Of a stretch of 64,000 nt of DNA, positions 1-9,728 are shown one piece after another. The notes below the pieces were generated by a model. It was not told the origin of the DNA and did no database searches. It saw only the letters and a program-made list of their open reading frames with translations. Source of the DNA: a virus (lineage: Duplodnaviria > Caudoviricetes). The stretch spans positions 1 to 64,000 of the IMG/VR virus record IMGVR_UViG_3300001528_000208. One strand, given 5' to 3'. Within the stretch, counting starts at the first letter, position 1, and each line of letters opens with the position of its first letter. Position numbers and translations under genes: made by a program.

Positions 1-401
1 CCGTTTTCAACAGCCTTTTCAGAAGTGTTGCATACATGGTCTGGAAGTTCACCAATAGTTACCAGTGCATCATACAGCGGAGAAAAATAGGGCTCAGACT
101 TTGTTAAAAGGTCGCCGGGTAAAAATCCTTGCGATTTTTCGTAAATTCCCGGAAATGTGACATAAATAATTTTGTCGTACAGTCCATACTTTACCATTAA
201 CGCGCCAAGTGCCGTGGAAATCAAAGTCTTGCCGGAGCCGGCTATAGAATCGACAAAAAATAGTTTCTTTTCGCGCTTCCATACTGCGTCAATAAACTTC
301 TTTTGTTCATCGTCGGGTACAATTCCCCAAAAAAGATGTTCGTCCAGTGTTTCTGGAGGATTATCATAATTCTGTTGAACAGGTCTTTTCTTTGCCGCCA
401 T
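1..401 (-). CDS. phoH: PhoH-family ATPase (5' part; runs off window)
   Basis: Manual translation from ATG at 401: MAAKKRP...DSIAGSGKT (Walker A)...GFLPGDLLTKSEPYFSPLYDAL, the PhoH signature. Absent from ORF track because no stop lies in the window. Confidence 0.85.
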   Translation of the reverse strand, partial: MAAKKRPVQQNYDNPPETLDEHLFWGIVPDDEQKKFIDAVWKREKKLFFVDSIAGSGKTLISTALGALMVKYGLYDKIIYVTFPGIYEKSQGFLPGDLLTKSEPYFSPLYDALVTIGELPDHVCNTSEKAVEN

Positions 402-412
402 AGCGATTCTCC

Positions 413-958
413 TTAGATGATTTCGTCCACGCTTTCGATAATCTTATCGGCGACGCCGCGTGCAATGACATAAGCCATCATGCGCTTCTCGCTTTCCTTT
501 ACGAAATCCGCGTGGTCGGAGAATTTACCCATCGAGTTCACGTCGCCAACCGCACCATCGTGAAGAAGGAACTTTGTATTCTTAAAAATGAAGCGCTTGT
601 GACCGCCCATAAGAATCAGCCCGCCAGCGCTGTAGCAACGGCTCATGCCAATGGTATAGACAGGCGTCTTAGACGCAGCAATGATGTCCATAACATAGAA
701 TGTCGCGTCAATTTCGCCGCCATTGCTGTTAATGAACAGCTTAACGGGAACGCGGTCTTCAACGGGCTTATCCTTGTCTTCCATGTTGTAGCGCATAATC
801 TGATAGCCAATGCTACAGAAAGAATCATCAATACCGTTATTCCAGATGATGATTCGGTCATTGCAGTTGCGATAGAACTCAAGCAGGTCAGGGTCAGGAA
901 GGTGCTTGTCAAACAGTCCTTCGATTCCACTAAGGTCAATCATGATATCATCAAGCAT
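413..958 (-). CDS. ClpP-like protease subunit, apparently with an internal C-terminal deletion
   Basis: KLFINSNGG, YSAG (catalytic Ser), LLHD (catalytic His); the segment carrying the third triad residue (Asp) is not seen. RBS GGAGG before ATG at 958. Confidence 0.8.
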   Translation of the reverse strand: MLDDIMIDLSGIEGLFDKHLPDPDLLEFYRNCNDRIIIWNNGIDDSFCSIGYQIMRYNMEDKDKPVEDRVPVKLFINSNGGEIDATFYVMDIIAASKTPVYTIGMSRCYSAGGLILMGGHKRFIFKNTKFLLHDGAVGDVNSMGKFSDHADFVKESEKRMMAYVIARGVADKIIESVDEII

Positions 959-960
959 AG

Positions 961-1182
961 TTAAATCCTCCCGCACATTCCGCACTTCTTCTTGATTTGT
1001 GCGGAGAAGTTTTCACCAACGCACCAATAAGCCACGTTATCGGGCTTAAACGATTCATTGGTTTCGTCTGCGATAAAGTTTCCGCCAACAAAGGTTGCGT
1101 TGAAGCCGTTTGCATCGTATGTCATGACGCATACCTTTTCGCCTTCATTTGGCAGGCGGTCTTCGGTTTTAATCCAGTTCAT
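961..1182 (-). CDS. DUF551-like small phage protein
   Basis: N-terminal WIKTEDRLP and late VAYW motifs. Confidence 0.6.
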   Translation of the reverse strand: MNWIKTEDRLPNEGEKVCVMTYDANGFNATFVGGNFIADETNESFKPDNVAYWCVGENFSAQIKKKCGMCGRI

Positions 1183-1369
1183 TGATTTCCTCCACGTTTA
1201 CAATTACGAACTGACGGTCTTTCTTGTACGCAACCCTTACATCTGTGACAAAATATCTTTTTAAGTCAAAATAGACGTCTGTTCCAATATGTGGTACGAC
1301 AAGAAACGAATAATCTTTTGTTGCCAAACACTTATCGTCTTTGTCGCGAAATTGAATAGTGTTCATCAT
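1169..1369 (-). CDS. hypothetical protein
   Basis: Tightly overlapping ORF in leftward operon. Confidence 0.55.
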   Translation of the reverse strand: MMNTIQFRDKDDKCLATKDYSFLVVPHIGTDVYFDLKRYFVTDVRVAYKKDRQFVIVNVEEINELD

Positions 1370-2121
1370 TCAGCATAGGTATGTAACCCGTACCTCCTAC
1401 ATAGATTTTTGTCCAACTTAATTGGACTGATGTGGTATTTCGCAAAGAATTCATTTTCTGGCATGGTGTGTATTTCCGTATGGTGTTCCCGACAAAGCGG
1501 AAGAACCGACAGCCCTTCGTGTATTATCGTTCTTCTGTCGCGCCCCATGCCGACGCGAGAACCATCGATGTTACAATGGTGCAAATCCGACTTCTTCCCA
1601 CATACGCAACAACGCTGTTTTGCAAGACAACTGTAGATGTAGCGGTCGTTATCATCAACGTATTCGTAAAGTGGTCTGTCGGTTTGAATGTCATTTTCGA
1701 TAATGAAGTCGATTAGAAACTTTTGATATTCACAAACAAGTGACATTGGCGCATTCGATAGCGAGAATGGTTCAGCGATGTCTTCACCAGCCAAAGAAAG
1801 GAAGTCATACTTCATAGCTTCATTAACCATCGTTTTCATTGTTGACGCCTTAGACTCGCCCTGCCACTCTGCTATGTAGCCGATTAAAGCCCACACCATT
1901 CTTCGCTGATTTGCTGTGATTTGGCGCGTGTCGTTTGGTGTTATAAAGACCGTCTTGCACTTGTCTATAAGTGAAAGGTCGGTTACTTTTAACAACACAC
2001 GACCATCATCAGAAGTTCCAAGTATTGTGGCCTTCTGCCGTCCGTATGGATTATACGGAAAATCGCTTGTTTGCCCCATCGTAGTGAATACCAGCAACGT
2101 AATGCATAGCAGGTTTGCCAT
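1366..2121 (-). CDS. HNH-like (DUF968-type) nuclease; true start uncertain
   Basis: CCVCG...DLHH...VGMGRDR...LPLCREHHTEIH. Confidence 0.75.
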   Translation of the reverse strand: MANLLCITLLVFTTMGQTSDFPYNPYGRQKATILGTSDDGRVLLKVTDLSLIDKCKTVFITPNDTRQITANQRRMVWALIGYIAEWQGESKASTMKTMVNEAMKYDFLSLAGEDIAEPFSLSNAPMSLVCEYQKFLIDFIIENDIQTDRPLYEYVDDNDRYIYSCLAKQRCCVCGKKSDLHHCNIDGSRVGMGRDRRTIIHEGLSVLPLCREHHTEIHTMPENEFFAKYHISPIKLDKNLCRRYGLHTYAE

Positions 2122-2371
2122 TTACGACAACAAGAACCATACAGCCAGACGGAAGGTTCATAGCGTATGTGCCGACATCAGTCGAATCTTCAACAGCAAT
2201 CCAAATTGTTGACGGAATATACTCTTCAGCGGTTTCGATAGGTGTATCTTTCGTATATGCTGTTGCTGAAACCGTAATACTTTCTGCATTAGCGGGCGCA
2301 CTATCTGAAACGCCAGTTGCAACGACCATATCGGTAGCTTTATCAGCCGCTGTCTTTTTCTTATTTGCCAT
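2051..2371 (-). CDS. hypothetical protein
   Basis: GGAGG RBS; overlaps the neighbouring kinase gene. Confidence 0.6.
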   Translation of the reverse strand: MANKKKTAADKATDMVVATGVSDSAPANAESITVSATAYTKDTPIETAEEYIPSTIWIAVEDSTDVGTYAMNLPSGCMVLVVVNGKPAMHYVAGIHYDGANKRFSV

Positions 2372-2927
2372 TTAGAATATCCTCCAGAATCATAAGTGCT
2401 TGCTGTTTCTTTTCAGCAGCATCGTTAGTGCTGATAGTGTAGTCAAAACCCGGATGATTGTCGAGTTCGATTTCTGACTGGTTTAACTTCTGTGCGGCTG
2501 TAAGACCGCTTTCAAAACCATCACGTTCTACTCGAATAGCAACAGCATCGAAGTTGCTATGTATGATGTGTAGTTCGTTTTCGAATCGTAGGTCTGGTAT
2601 AATAACGTAGTCCCAGATATTTACAGCCTTGATTAAGTCTACAACACGATTCGCAAAGTAGTCTTCGTCATACTGTCGAAAAACGCCAGTTCCGATGTGT
2701 TGGAGAAGCGTTCTTCCATTTTCATCTTTTTCGCCATTCCAGCCAAAGTAGGTTCTGCAAAGGAACTTAACATAGTCACCGAAAGCGACCGTAAGAACGT
2801 GATGCCCGCCGTCTTCAAGCTTCTGTCGCATCACGTCTGCAACAAAGTTCTTGCCGCTTCCAGCTTTTCCGCTAATCATGATAACCTTCAGTTCTATCAC
2901 CACCTTTATGTGCGTATTATAACACAT
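2361..2927 (-). CDS. deoxynucleoside monophosphate kinase (real start nearer 2900)
   Basis: SGKAGSGKN P-loop, RTLLQHIGT, IPDLRFENE, SE motifs. Confidence 0.8.
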   Translation of the reverse strand: MCYNTHIKVVIELKVIMISGKAGSGKNFVADVMRQKLEDGGHHVLTVAFGDYVKFLCRTYFGWNGEKDENGRTLLQHIGTGVFRQYDEDYFANRVVDLIKAVNIWDYVIIPDLRFENELHIIHSNFDAVAIRVERDGFESGLTAAQKLNQSEIELDNHPGFDYTISTNDAAEKKQQALMILEDILNGK

Positions 2928-2944
2928 TTTGTCCGATTTGTCAA
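2916..2944 (-). promoter_or_regulatory. sigmaA-type promoter of leftward operon
   Basis: TTGACA-17 bp-TATAAT with TG extended -10. Confidence 0.85.
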
Positions 2945-2950
2945 TAGGTA

Positions 2951-3190
2951 AATTGTAAACATTTTGTGAACATTTATTAACTTGACAAATTGCGATAGAA
3001 GCGCTATAATATAATATATATTTATATACGAACGAAGTGAAGTATATAAATATTCCCTGTTATTATTCTTTTCTTTCTTTTTATTTATTTCTTTACTAAG
3101 AAAGGGGTTGTAGGGGAAAACATTAGCTTTCTTTGTTTCTTTTTCTTTCTTTTCTGCGCGATTTGAATTGTAAACATTTTGTGAACATTT
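2951..3190. repeat. two identical 25-bp copies AATTGTAAACATTTTGTGAACATTT (2951-2975, 3166-3190)
   Basis: Exact direct repeat; each copy lies just upstream of a TTGACA box. Confidence 0.85.
2982..3010 (+). promoter_or_regulatory. sigmaA-type promoter
   Basis: TTGACA-17 bp-TATAAT. Confidence 0.8.
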
Positions 3191-3201
3191 GCGAAAGGTA
3201 C

Positions 3202-3230
3202 TTGACAAATGGCACCTTTTGTGGTATAAT
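3202..3230 (+). promoter_or_regulatory. sigmaA-type promoter for thyX-RNAP operon
   Basis: TTGACA-17 bp-TATAAT with TG extension. Confidence 0.85.
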
Positions 3231-3276
3231 CACCATCGTAGTAAGGAATGCTATAACTATTTTGTGAGGTGGTTTT

Positions 3277-3843
3277 GTGGATATCAAAGTTATCCCGCTT
3301 ACCGACGATTCTGCTGTTTTGAATACTGCTCGCATTACAGTCTGGAAGGACGATGCAGAAAATGCGCCATCAGAAAAGTTTATGCGAGACATCTACTTCA
3401 AGGAACATTCACCAATTCGCGCAAAAGAGTTCTTGATTGAAATTCGTGGCGTTAAATCGTGGATTGCAACGCATCTATGTCGGCATTCTGTTGGATATAC
3501 TCCATATATCAGCACGCAGCGCGACGATAGGCACAAGTCAGACATTCCGCGCGACGAACTTCCGCAGGGCGCGTTTGTAAACATGGATATTGTTCTTAAT
3601 GCGCAGGCGTTTATAAACGTCAGTCGCAAAAGGCTTTGCAACATGGCGCACGCAGAAACGCAGGCGGTATGGCGAAGCGTAATTAAAGAACTTGACAAGG
3701 TTGACCATAATCTTGCAAGCTGTTGTGTTCGCGAATGTGTTTATCGTGGTGGAATTTGCCCCGAATGCGAAAAGTCTTGCCATTTCAACAAGACTGACGC
3801 CTTCGGTCGTGAAATTCAAAAATACTTGGAAGGTCGTGGTTAA
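3277..3843 (+). CDS. thyX: flavin-dependent thymidylate synthase
   Basis: EHSP...HLCRH...STQR, KRLC...AHAET motifs. Confidence 0.8.
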   Translation: MDIKVIPLTDDSAVLNTARITVWKDDAENAPSEKFMRDIYFKEHSPIRAKEFLIEIRGVKSWIATHLCRHSVGYTPYISTQRDDRHKSDIPRDELPQGAFVNMDIVLNAQAFINVSRKRLCNMAHAETQAVWRSVIKELDKVDHNLASCCVRECVYRGGICPECEKSCHFNKTDAFGREIQKYLEGRG

Positions 3844-4269
3844 TTGAATATTGTTCTTATTGGAAAGATTGGAAGCGGCGTTGACGACATTGCAAAGCGT
3901 CTGACGGACTATTTCCGATACGAAGTATCTGATAGTGATGTTGACGATTTCAAAGTCTTTGTTGTTGAACCGTCAGAACTGCGAAAGATGCAGACAGATA
4001 AGGACACGGACTTTGTTTCGTTCTTCGTAACGCGCGGAACCTATAAGCGATTTAGGTATTGTATTGATAATTGCATGGACGAAGAAGAAGTCCTTTCTAA
4101 AATCATGATGGAAGCACACAAGTATGATTCGCTTCACGTTGACTTCACTGTTGAAAACGAAGATAACGACACTTGGTCTGCCGTAACCGAAATTCTTAGA
4201 TGCGTTAAGGATGTGGTTGATTGTTCGCACCAAAACTCTACAAAGTCAGAAAGCTGCCCGCAAGCGTAA
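3844..4269 (+). CDS. degenerate guanylate-kinase-like P-loop protein
   Basis: IVLIGKIGSGVD resembles a kinase P-loop without the Lys; short, NMP-binding part apparently missing. Confidence 0.45.
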   Translation: MNIVLIGKIGSGVDDIAKRLTDYFRYEVSDSDVDDFKVFVVEPSELRKMQTDKDTDFVSFFVTRGTYKRFRYCIDNCMDEEEVLSKIMMEAHKYDSLHVDFTVENEDNDTWSAVTEILRCVKDVVDCSHQNSTKSESCPQA

Positions 4270-6932
4270 TAATCAATAACGATTACGATGCGCGTATAGA
4301 TAATGCTGAATACACTGTTTCGCAAAAAGAAGAAATTAAACACATGGTCATTGATGGCTTTGTTCTTAACGGCGTGAAGTTCGTAATGAGTGAACGAAGT
4401 GCCAGTATGACAAGAAATGCAATCCTTGGCTTTATTGATGCTTCTGTTGCTGGAAAAGTCGATAAGCATATTACAATGGATTTGGAAATGAAAAAGACGG
4501 TTCTTTCAAAGTGGTGCGCTTATCGTGGTCTTATGTTTAGTTCATGCCATTGTCTTGACGGCTGGCATCCCAAGACAATCGTTGTGCCTGACTACGAAAC
4601 CGTAGTTCCACATCAGAAGCTTCGTTGGTTGGTAGAAGAAGAACGCGAATATGCTGACAAGGAAACTGGCGAAAAGCGTGTCTGGAAAACACATGGAATC
4701 GAAGAGGGGTACAAGGACGTTCCGATAAACGTTTTCGACGGGCACGGATTTATTCATCCAGCGCTTGTTGATGAAGTTCGCGACCGCATTGGAATGGAAG
4801 AACGTCCTACGACCATGATGTTGCGTGCGCCTTTCATCAAAGGTCTTGTTAGCGAAATGGACTACACGACCTACTATCACGACCACGATGTTGACTTCAT
4901 TCAAGACGTTTGGGGCAAATGGCATTCTGTCGATGAACCAATGATTGTTCTGACAGTTAGTATGTATAAGGGGTTTAAGTATTTCAAACAGACCGGCACC
5001 AACCAAGATTGGGATAACTACTGGAGTAAATTTCAGAAGTATGGGCACTGCTGGGGTGTTGCCAAGTGGAATTTTACAGAAGAACAAGAACCCGTGTATA
5101 CTCGTGGCAACTACCAGATTCTGCAAGACCTTGACTTGCCATTTGAAGAATTCCAGAAGCTTGCAAGCAAGTCAATGAACTGGGCGGAAAAGATTGTTAA
5201 TGGAGACCCATTTTACACATACTGTTTCCTTGGTCTGGCGAATGATAATCCGAAGCCGCTTAACAACTATGCACGCGCCATCATGAAGAATCCTGAAATG
5301 ATGAAGGAACAAAGTGTTCGCGACTTTCTGAAGCGTCAAGTCAGAAAGTACATTGATAGCATGAAGTGTGGAAAGATTTATCTTCGTGCTTGCTACAAAT
5401 TCCTTATTCCAGACCTAATCATGATGCTTGAATGGATTGGTGGCGATAAGAACCCAAAAGGCGCCCTTGAAGCTGATGAATTTTGGGCTAAGGGTTACGA
5501 AGGTGAACACGCCATTGAACGTAACCCGCATATTTGTAAAAGCGAACATCTTATCCTTAAAGCCAAGCACACCGACGAACTTGAACGCTACTGTGGTCAT
5601 TTGGTGAATACTTGTATGCTGAATGGTAAAAGTCCAAGTCCGCAACGAATGAACGGTGCCGATTAGCACCTTAAAATAGTCCGCCTATGTGGTAACATAT
5701 AGGTTGTACGGCGTGAACCCTTATCAGGGGTGTCAAAGCGACGATTAGTAATCGCAGGAAATGGCGACCAACGCTTTGGCTAACAGGGAAGGCTACTTGA
5801 TAATCCTGTGCCAAGCCTTAAATGGAAGGTCAAGAGACTAACGGTGATGAGTGTAACCGTGTACGGCAGCTATTGATACGCCGCTGGAAGTGCGCCGCCG
5901 CCCTATGGGTGGAAGATATAGTCCACTGTGAGAACAGTGTATGACGGAGATTTAGTTCTTCTGATGGATGAACCCTTATTCCTTGAAGGAACCGATAAAG
6001 ATTGTGCAATCGTTCTTAATCTTGACGAAAAGCTTACTGCGCTTGCGGAAGATGTCACAATCGAAAACATTGCAAGTCTTGTTGAACGAACTCTTGTATC
6101 GTTGATTGGCGAAGATTCAAATGCGGCAACGTGTTATCATAACAAAATCACAAAAAAGGAAAGCCAACAGAAGCGTTACGAAACGTATGTTGATATTCTT
6201 TCGATTGTTAATTCGTTCGCAATCGACTTTGCCAAGACTGGCTACATCATGCAGATTCCGTTTGAAATAGCAAAGTATTCCAAACCATATCCATACTTCA
6301 TGCGATATGTTGGTGAATACTACAACAAGCTGTTTGAATCAATGGAACGTTCGCAAAGCACATACCGTTTTAGTCGTTCACGAAGCAACATGAACCAGCT
6401 TGCGTTCATGATTGAAAAGTTTCACGACCGTGAAATCAAATGGAAGCGTGCAGATGCGTTTGATTACACGATTATGGTTGATAGCGATGTTGAAGTTTTG
6501 CCCGAACATTTTGAAGCTATCGAAAGCGTGTATAAAGACTTCAACAAAGAAATGAAGTATCTTGTCACATTTGAAAACAAGCTTCATCGCTATGATGAAT
6601 TCAAAGACGAACTGAAGGCGTGGGACAAGGAGTCTGCAATGAACTATTACGTTAATTGGGATTCTGTGTACTCAAAGTATAGAAACGAATGCGCAAAGAT
6701 TTGTCCTGACAAGAAAGAACTTGCCAACATCGCAGTTAAGCTGTGTTATGAAAAGTATCCGAAACGCGGAAAGAAGTTTATCTGGTCTTGTGCATCCGAA
6801 GGTGTGCTTGAAAATATCAAACAGGTAGAAATCATGTTGCCTGTAAAAAATCCAACTGGCGAATACGCATACCTTGGTAAGCGGTATGATATGATTGTAT
6901 ATAATGGTGAAACGGTTGGTTTAGACGGCTGA
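4221..6932 (+). CDS. YonO-like single-subunit RNA polymerase (cellular-RdRP fold); spliced, exons 4221-5663 + 5940-6932, about 811 aa
   Basis: FDGHG, RAPFIKG, RNPH motifs; joining the exons restores GADYDGD (DxDGD metal-binding site); position upstream of HU-like and head genes matches SPbeta yonO. Confidence 0.88.
5664..5939 (+). ncRNA. group I intron (276 nt, no ORF) in RNAP gene
   Basis: Exon ends in U, intron ends in G; P7 GACTA/TAGTC; S element AAGATATAGTCC; IGS ATAGTCCGC (5676-5684) pairs across the joined exons. Confidence 0.9.
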
Positions 6933-6991
6933 CCGTTTCAGATATAATTGAATATAATACTTTATATACATCGCATAAGTATGCCTACTAA

Positions 6992-7639
6992 ATGGTGCCA
7001 TTTTTCGTCATGAAAGGACGGCTTATATTGTTCAACGAATTCGAAGAAGTGCAGGAATATCTCGCTGGTAAAAAGGTGACTCGCTACTGCCTTGACGAAT
7101 ACATTTTTAAAATTGCCCGATACATGAAGGAAGAAGGCAAACCCGCGCAGTATACAAAAGACTTTGTTGCCAAATGGCTTGAAGGTCTTGGGTATAGGTT
7201 CGCCAACTACAATCTTACCATAATGAACGCCTACGCAAAGCGTGGTAAGATGAAACGTGACTTCTGTGTAAGAATTAACAATGAAGACATTGAAAAGATT
7301 AAGTATGCTGCTGACTATGGACGGTCTAAGCGACTTGCTTTGTTTCTTCTGATTTACGCAAAGATTCACGCAGACCATGATGGAAACTTTAAGATTAGAC
7401 TTCCAATGGTTTCTGAATGGGTTGGTATTGACCGTTCTCATTTGTATGCAAGGCACCTGAAAGAACTCATTTGTTTCGGTTTTATTGAAAAGACCGACAA
7501 TGATAAAGACTATGCGAAGAATACCGCCGACGGGAGATTCGCCCACCTTAGAATCACCTATGAACTTTCGAATACCGGCGATTATGTTATTGAACGAAAC
7601 GAAGATTTCGACAAGCTGTATCACGAAATCTTTGGCTGA
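6992..7639 (+). CDS. hypothetical protein, possibly winged-helix DNA-binding
   Basis: ORF with HTH-like C-terminal half. Confidence 0.55.
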   Translation: MVPFFVMKGRLILFNEFEEVQEYLAGKKVTRYCLDEYIFKIARYMKEEGKPAQYTKDFVAKWLEGLGYRFANYNLTIMNAYAKRGKMKRDFCVRINNEDIEKIKYAADYGRSKRLALFLLIYAKIHADHDGNFKIRLPMVSEWVGIDRSHLYARHLKELICFGFIEKTDNDKDYAKNTADGRFAHLRITYELSNTGDYVIERNEDFDKLYHEIFG

Positions 7640-7659
7640 TTTTAGAAGTAGGTGATTGA

Positions 7660-8442
7660 ATGCGCGTAGCTAAACGCGAGTTTTACGAATACCTAAGAAA
7701 GCCAAAACCGTCATCCAAGGAACCGATTGCTAAGTCGGTTGGTGTGTACGACCTTGCGCTTATGATTGCGCGAAAAACAAAGTTTCGCGTTTGGGACGTG
7801 AAAGAAGTCATTGAAGAAGTTGGGCCTGCAATCTACGCACAACTGCTTCAACGCAAGACGGTTGACCTTGGTGGTATGAACATTCGTAGCAAGTGGCAAC
7901 GAATGGATTATCCGCGTTATGTACAAGATGAAGGGATTTGGCAGTTCGGCTATTTCAAACCTATGATTGACTTTGAAAAGCCGAATCATATGCTATACTA
8001 TGGAAAGACATGTGTCGTTCCTGACGGGTTTGTAGAATCCATTGTTCCATATATGTCAAATGGCGAAAAGACGCTTGACGACCTTGTTGATTCTGCTAAT
8101 GCTGCGGCAAAGGAAACCGCCCAACTTGGCAAAGACATGGTTGTTGATGAAAACAGCATGACGATTCCACCTGAAGGAAGCCGAAGAAAGCCGCGTAGAT
8201 TCCGCGAAGATTGGCACCCGACAGTTTTGGAACGTCGAAGATACATGATGCGCAAGGGCGCACTTGCAAATGAATACAGACGCGGTATTGCCGACGGAAC
8301 GTTTCCGAATGAAGAATACCCCAACATGGGCATTTACTTCAAGAAGCGACTTCCCGAATACGGTTTTGGTGCGTGGGTCGGTTCGCCAGATGAAGACGTG
8401 ACCGAAGAAATTTTAGAATCGGAGGAAGAAGACGATGCCTAA
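7660..8442 (+). CDS. protein with N-terminal HU/IHF-like domain
   Basis: LALMIARKT...DVKEVIE...LLQRKTVDLGG resembles HU helices; syntenic with SPbeta yonN. Confidence 0.5.
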   Translation: MRVAKREFYEYLRKPKPSSKEPIAKSVGVYDLALMIARKTKFRVWDVKEVIEEVGPAIYAQLLQRKTVDLGGMNIRSKWQRMDYPRYVQDEGIWQFGYFKPMIDFEKPNHMLYYGKTCVVPDGFVESIVPYMSNGEKTLDDLVDSANAAAKETAQLGKDMVVDENSMTIPPEGSRRKPRRFREDWHPTVLERRRYMMRKGALANEYRRGIADGTFPNEEYPNMGIYFKKRLPEYGFGAWVGSPDEDVTEEILESEEEDDA

Positions 8443-9634
8443 CTTCCATAGAAACCCCGCCGAGGGCGAGGTTGAATACATTTTTAGAATCTGCGAAAAC
8501 AAAGATTTGATTGGGTCTTGGGATGAAGTTGCAAAACTTCTGAACAAGGAACTGAACTACGAATACACCGAAAGCAAGTATCGCAAGGACTACAATTCCT
8601 TTAAGAAGCTGTTTGAAGCTAATCGTGCGAAACTTGTTGATGGTCAGGAACAGCTTGAAAGCATCCGTGTTGCAAGCAACGAACTGAAAAAGGAACGTAT
8701 TCGTCTTCAGACTGAAAAGCTTGAATACAATACTTGGCTTCGTGAAAACGCTCGCGATGAACTGATTGTTGAAAAGCTTATTGGTGCTATTGAAAACCTT
8801 GAACCGCTTCCTGTTCCCGATGTTGCCTATGATAAGCGCAACGGCGAAAAGGAATATGTCCTTTGTTTTGGCGATGAACACCTTGGTTGCGAATTTGAAA
8901 TCAGGGGCCTTATGGGCGAAGTGATTAACGCCTACAGTCCTGAAATCTTCGCCGAACGCATGGCAAAACTTCTTGATTATACTAAGCAGTTCTGTCGTGA
9001 ACACGATATTGGCACGCTTCACGTTTTTTCGATGGGCGACTTTACCGATGGCGTTCTTCGTGTGGGTCAGCTTATGAAGCTTCGTTGGGGTGTTGTCGAT
9101 AGCACTGTTAAGTATATGGAATTCATTAGCGAATGGCTGAACGAACTTACATCTGTTGTCAACGTTCGATTCCATATGGTTGCCGGAAATCATTCTGAAC
9201 TTCGTATGTTTAATCAGCCGCGTGGTGCTTTTAAGGACGAGAACATGAACAAGGTTGTTTTTTCCTATATCAAGGCACGCATGAAGTACAATCCAAACTT
9301 CGAGCTGGTTGAAAATCCGTCTGGTAATATCTTTGATAGCATCGCTGGATACAACGTCCTTGGTGTTCATGGTGAAATGAAGGATATGGAAAAGGCGATT
9401 AAGGATTTGACTAACACCTATGGCGTTGAGATTCACTATCTACTGGGTGGTCACTTACATCATAGCGCCAGCGAAACCACTGGTGTAAAGAAGGGCGTTA
9501 TTCGCGTCCCGTCTGTGGTTGGTATTGATGATTTCGCAATGACGCTTAATAAGTGTTCTAATCCTGCCGCTGTGATTGTTGAACTCACACTCAATCATGG
9601 CAAGACGGCTGAATACTTCGTTGATTTGACTTAA
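8435..9634 (+). CDS. metallophosphoesterase (YonJ-like)
   Basis: GDEH, GDFTDG, GNH, HGE, GHLHH motifs. Confidence 0.8.
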   Translation: MPNFHRNPAEGEVEYIFRICENKDLIGSWDEVAKLLNKELNYEYTESKYRKDYNSFKKLFEANRAKLVDGQEQLESIRVASNELKKERIRLQTEKLEYNTWLRENARDELIVEKLIGAIENLEPLPVPDVAYDKRNGEKEYVLCFGDEHLGCEFEIRGLMGEVINAYSPEIFAERMAKLLDYTKQFCREHDIGTLHVFSMGDFTDGVLRVGQLMKLRWGVVDSTVKYMEFISEWLNELTSVVNVRFHMVAGNHSELRMFNQPRGAFKDENMNKVVFSYIKARMKYNPNFELVENPSGNIFDSIAGYNVLGVHGEMKDMEKAIKDLTNTYGVEIHYLLGGHLHHSASETTGVKKGVIRVPSVVGIDDFAMTLNKCSNPAAVIVELTLNHGKTAEYFVDLT

Positions 9635-9683
9635 GGCGTAACGCCGCACGCCCGTGCTTGCACGGTATCACATATTTTAGACG

Positions 9684-9706
9684 AAAGCCACCTTCGGGTG
9701 GCTTTT
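9684..9706 (+). terminator. intrinsic terminator
   Basis: AAAGCCACC-TTCG-GGTGGCTTTT. Confidence 0.75.
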
Positions 9707-9728
9707 ACTATTTTAGGAAGGTGGTCAA

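Noticed and set aside
2906-3440. Small ORFs in the divergent region
   Set aside because: Low-complexity translations overlapping promoters and repeats, without RBS.
5664-5666. In-frame TAG in the RNAP gene as a sign of stop-codon recoding
   Set aside because: It is the start of a group I intron; genes elsewhere are not fragmented by TAG.
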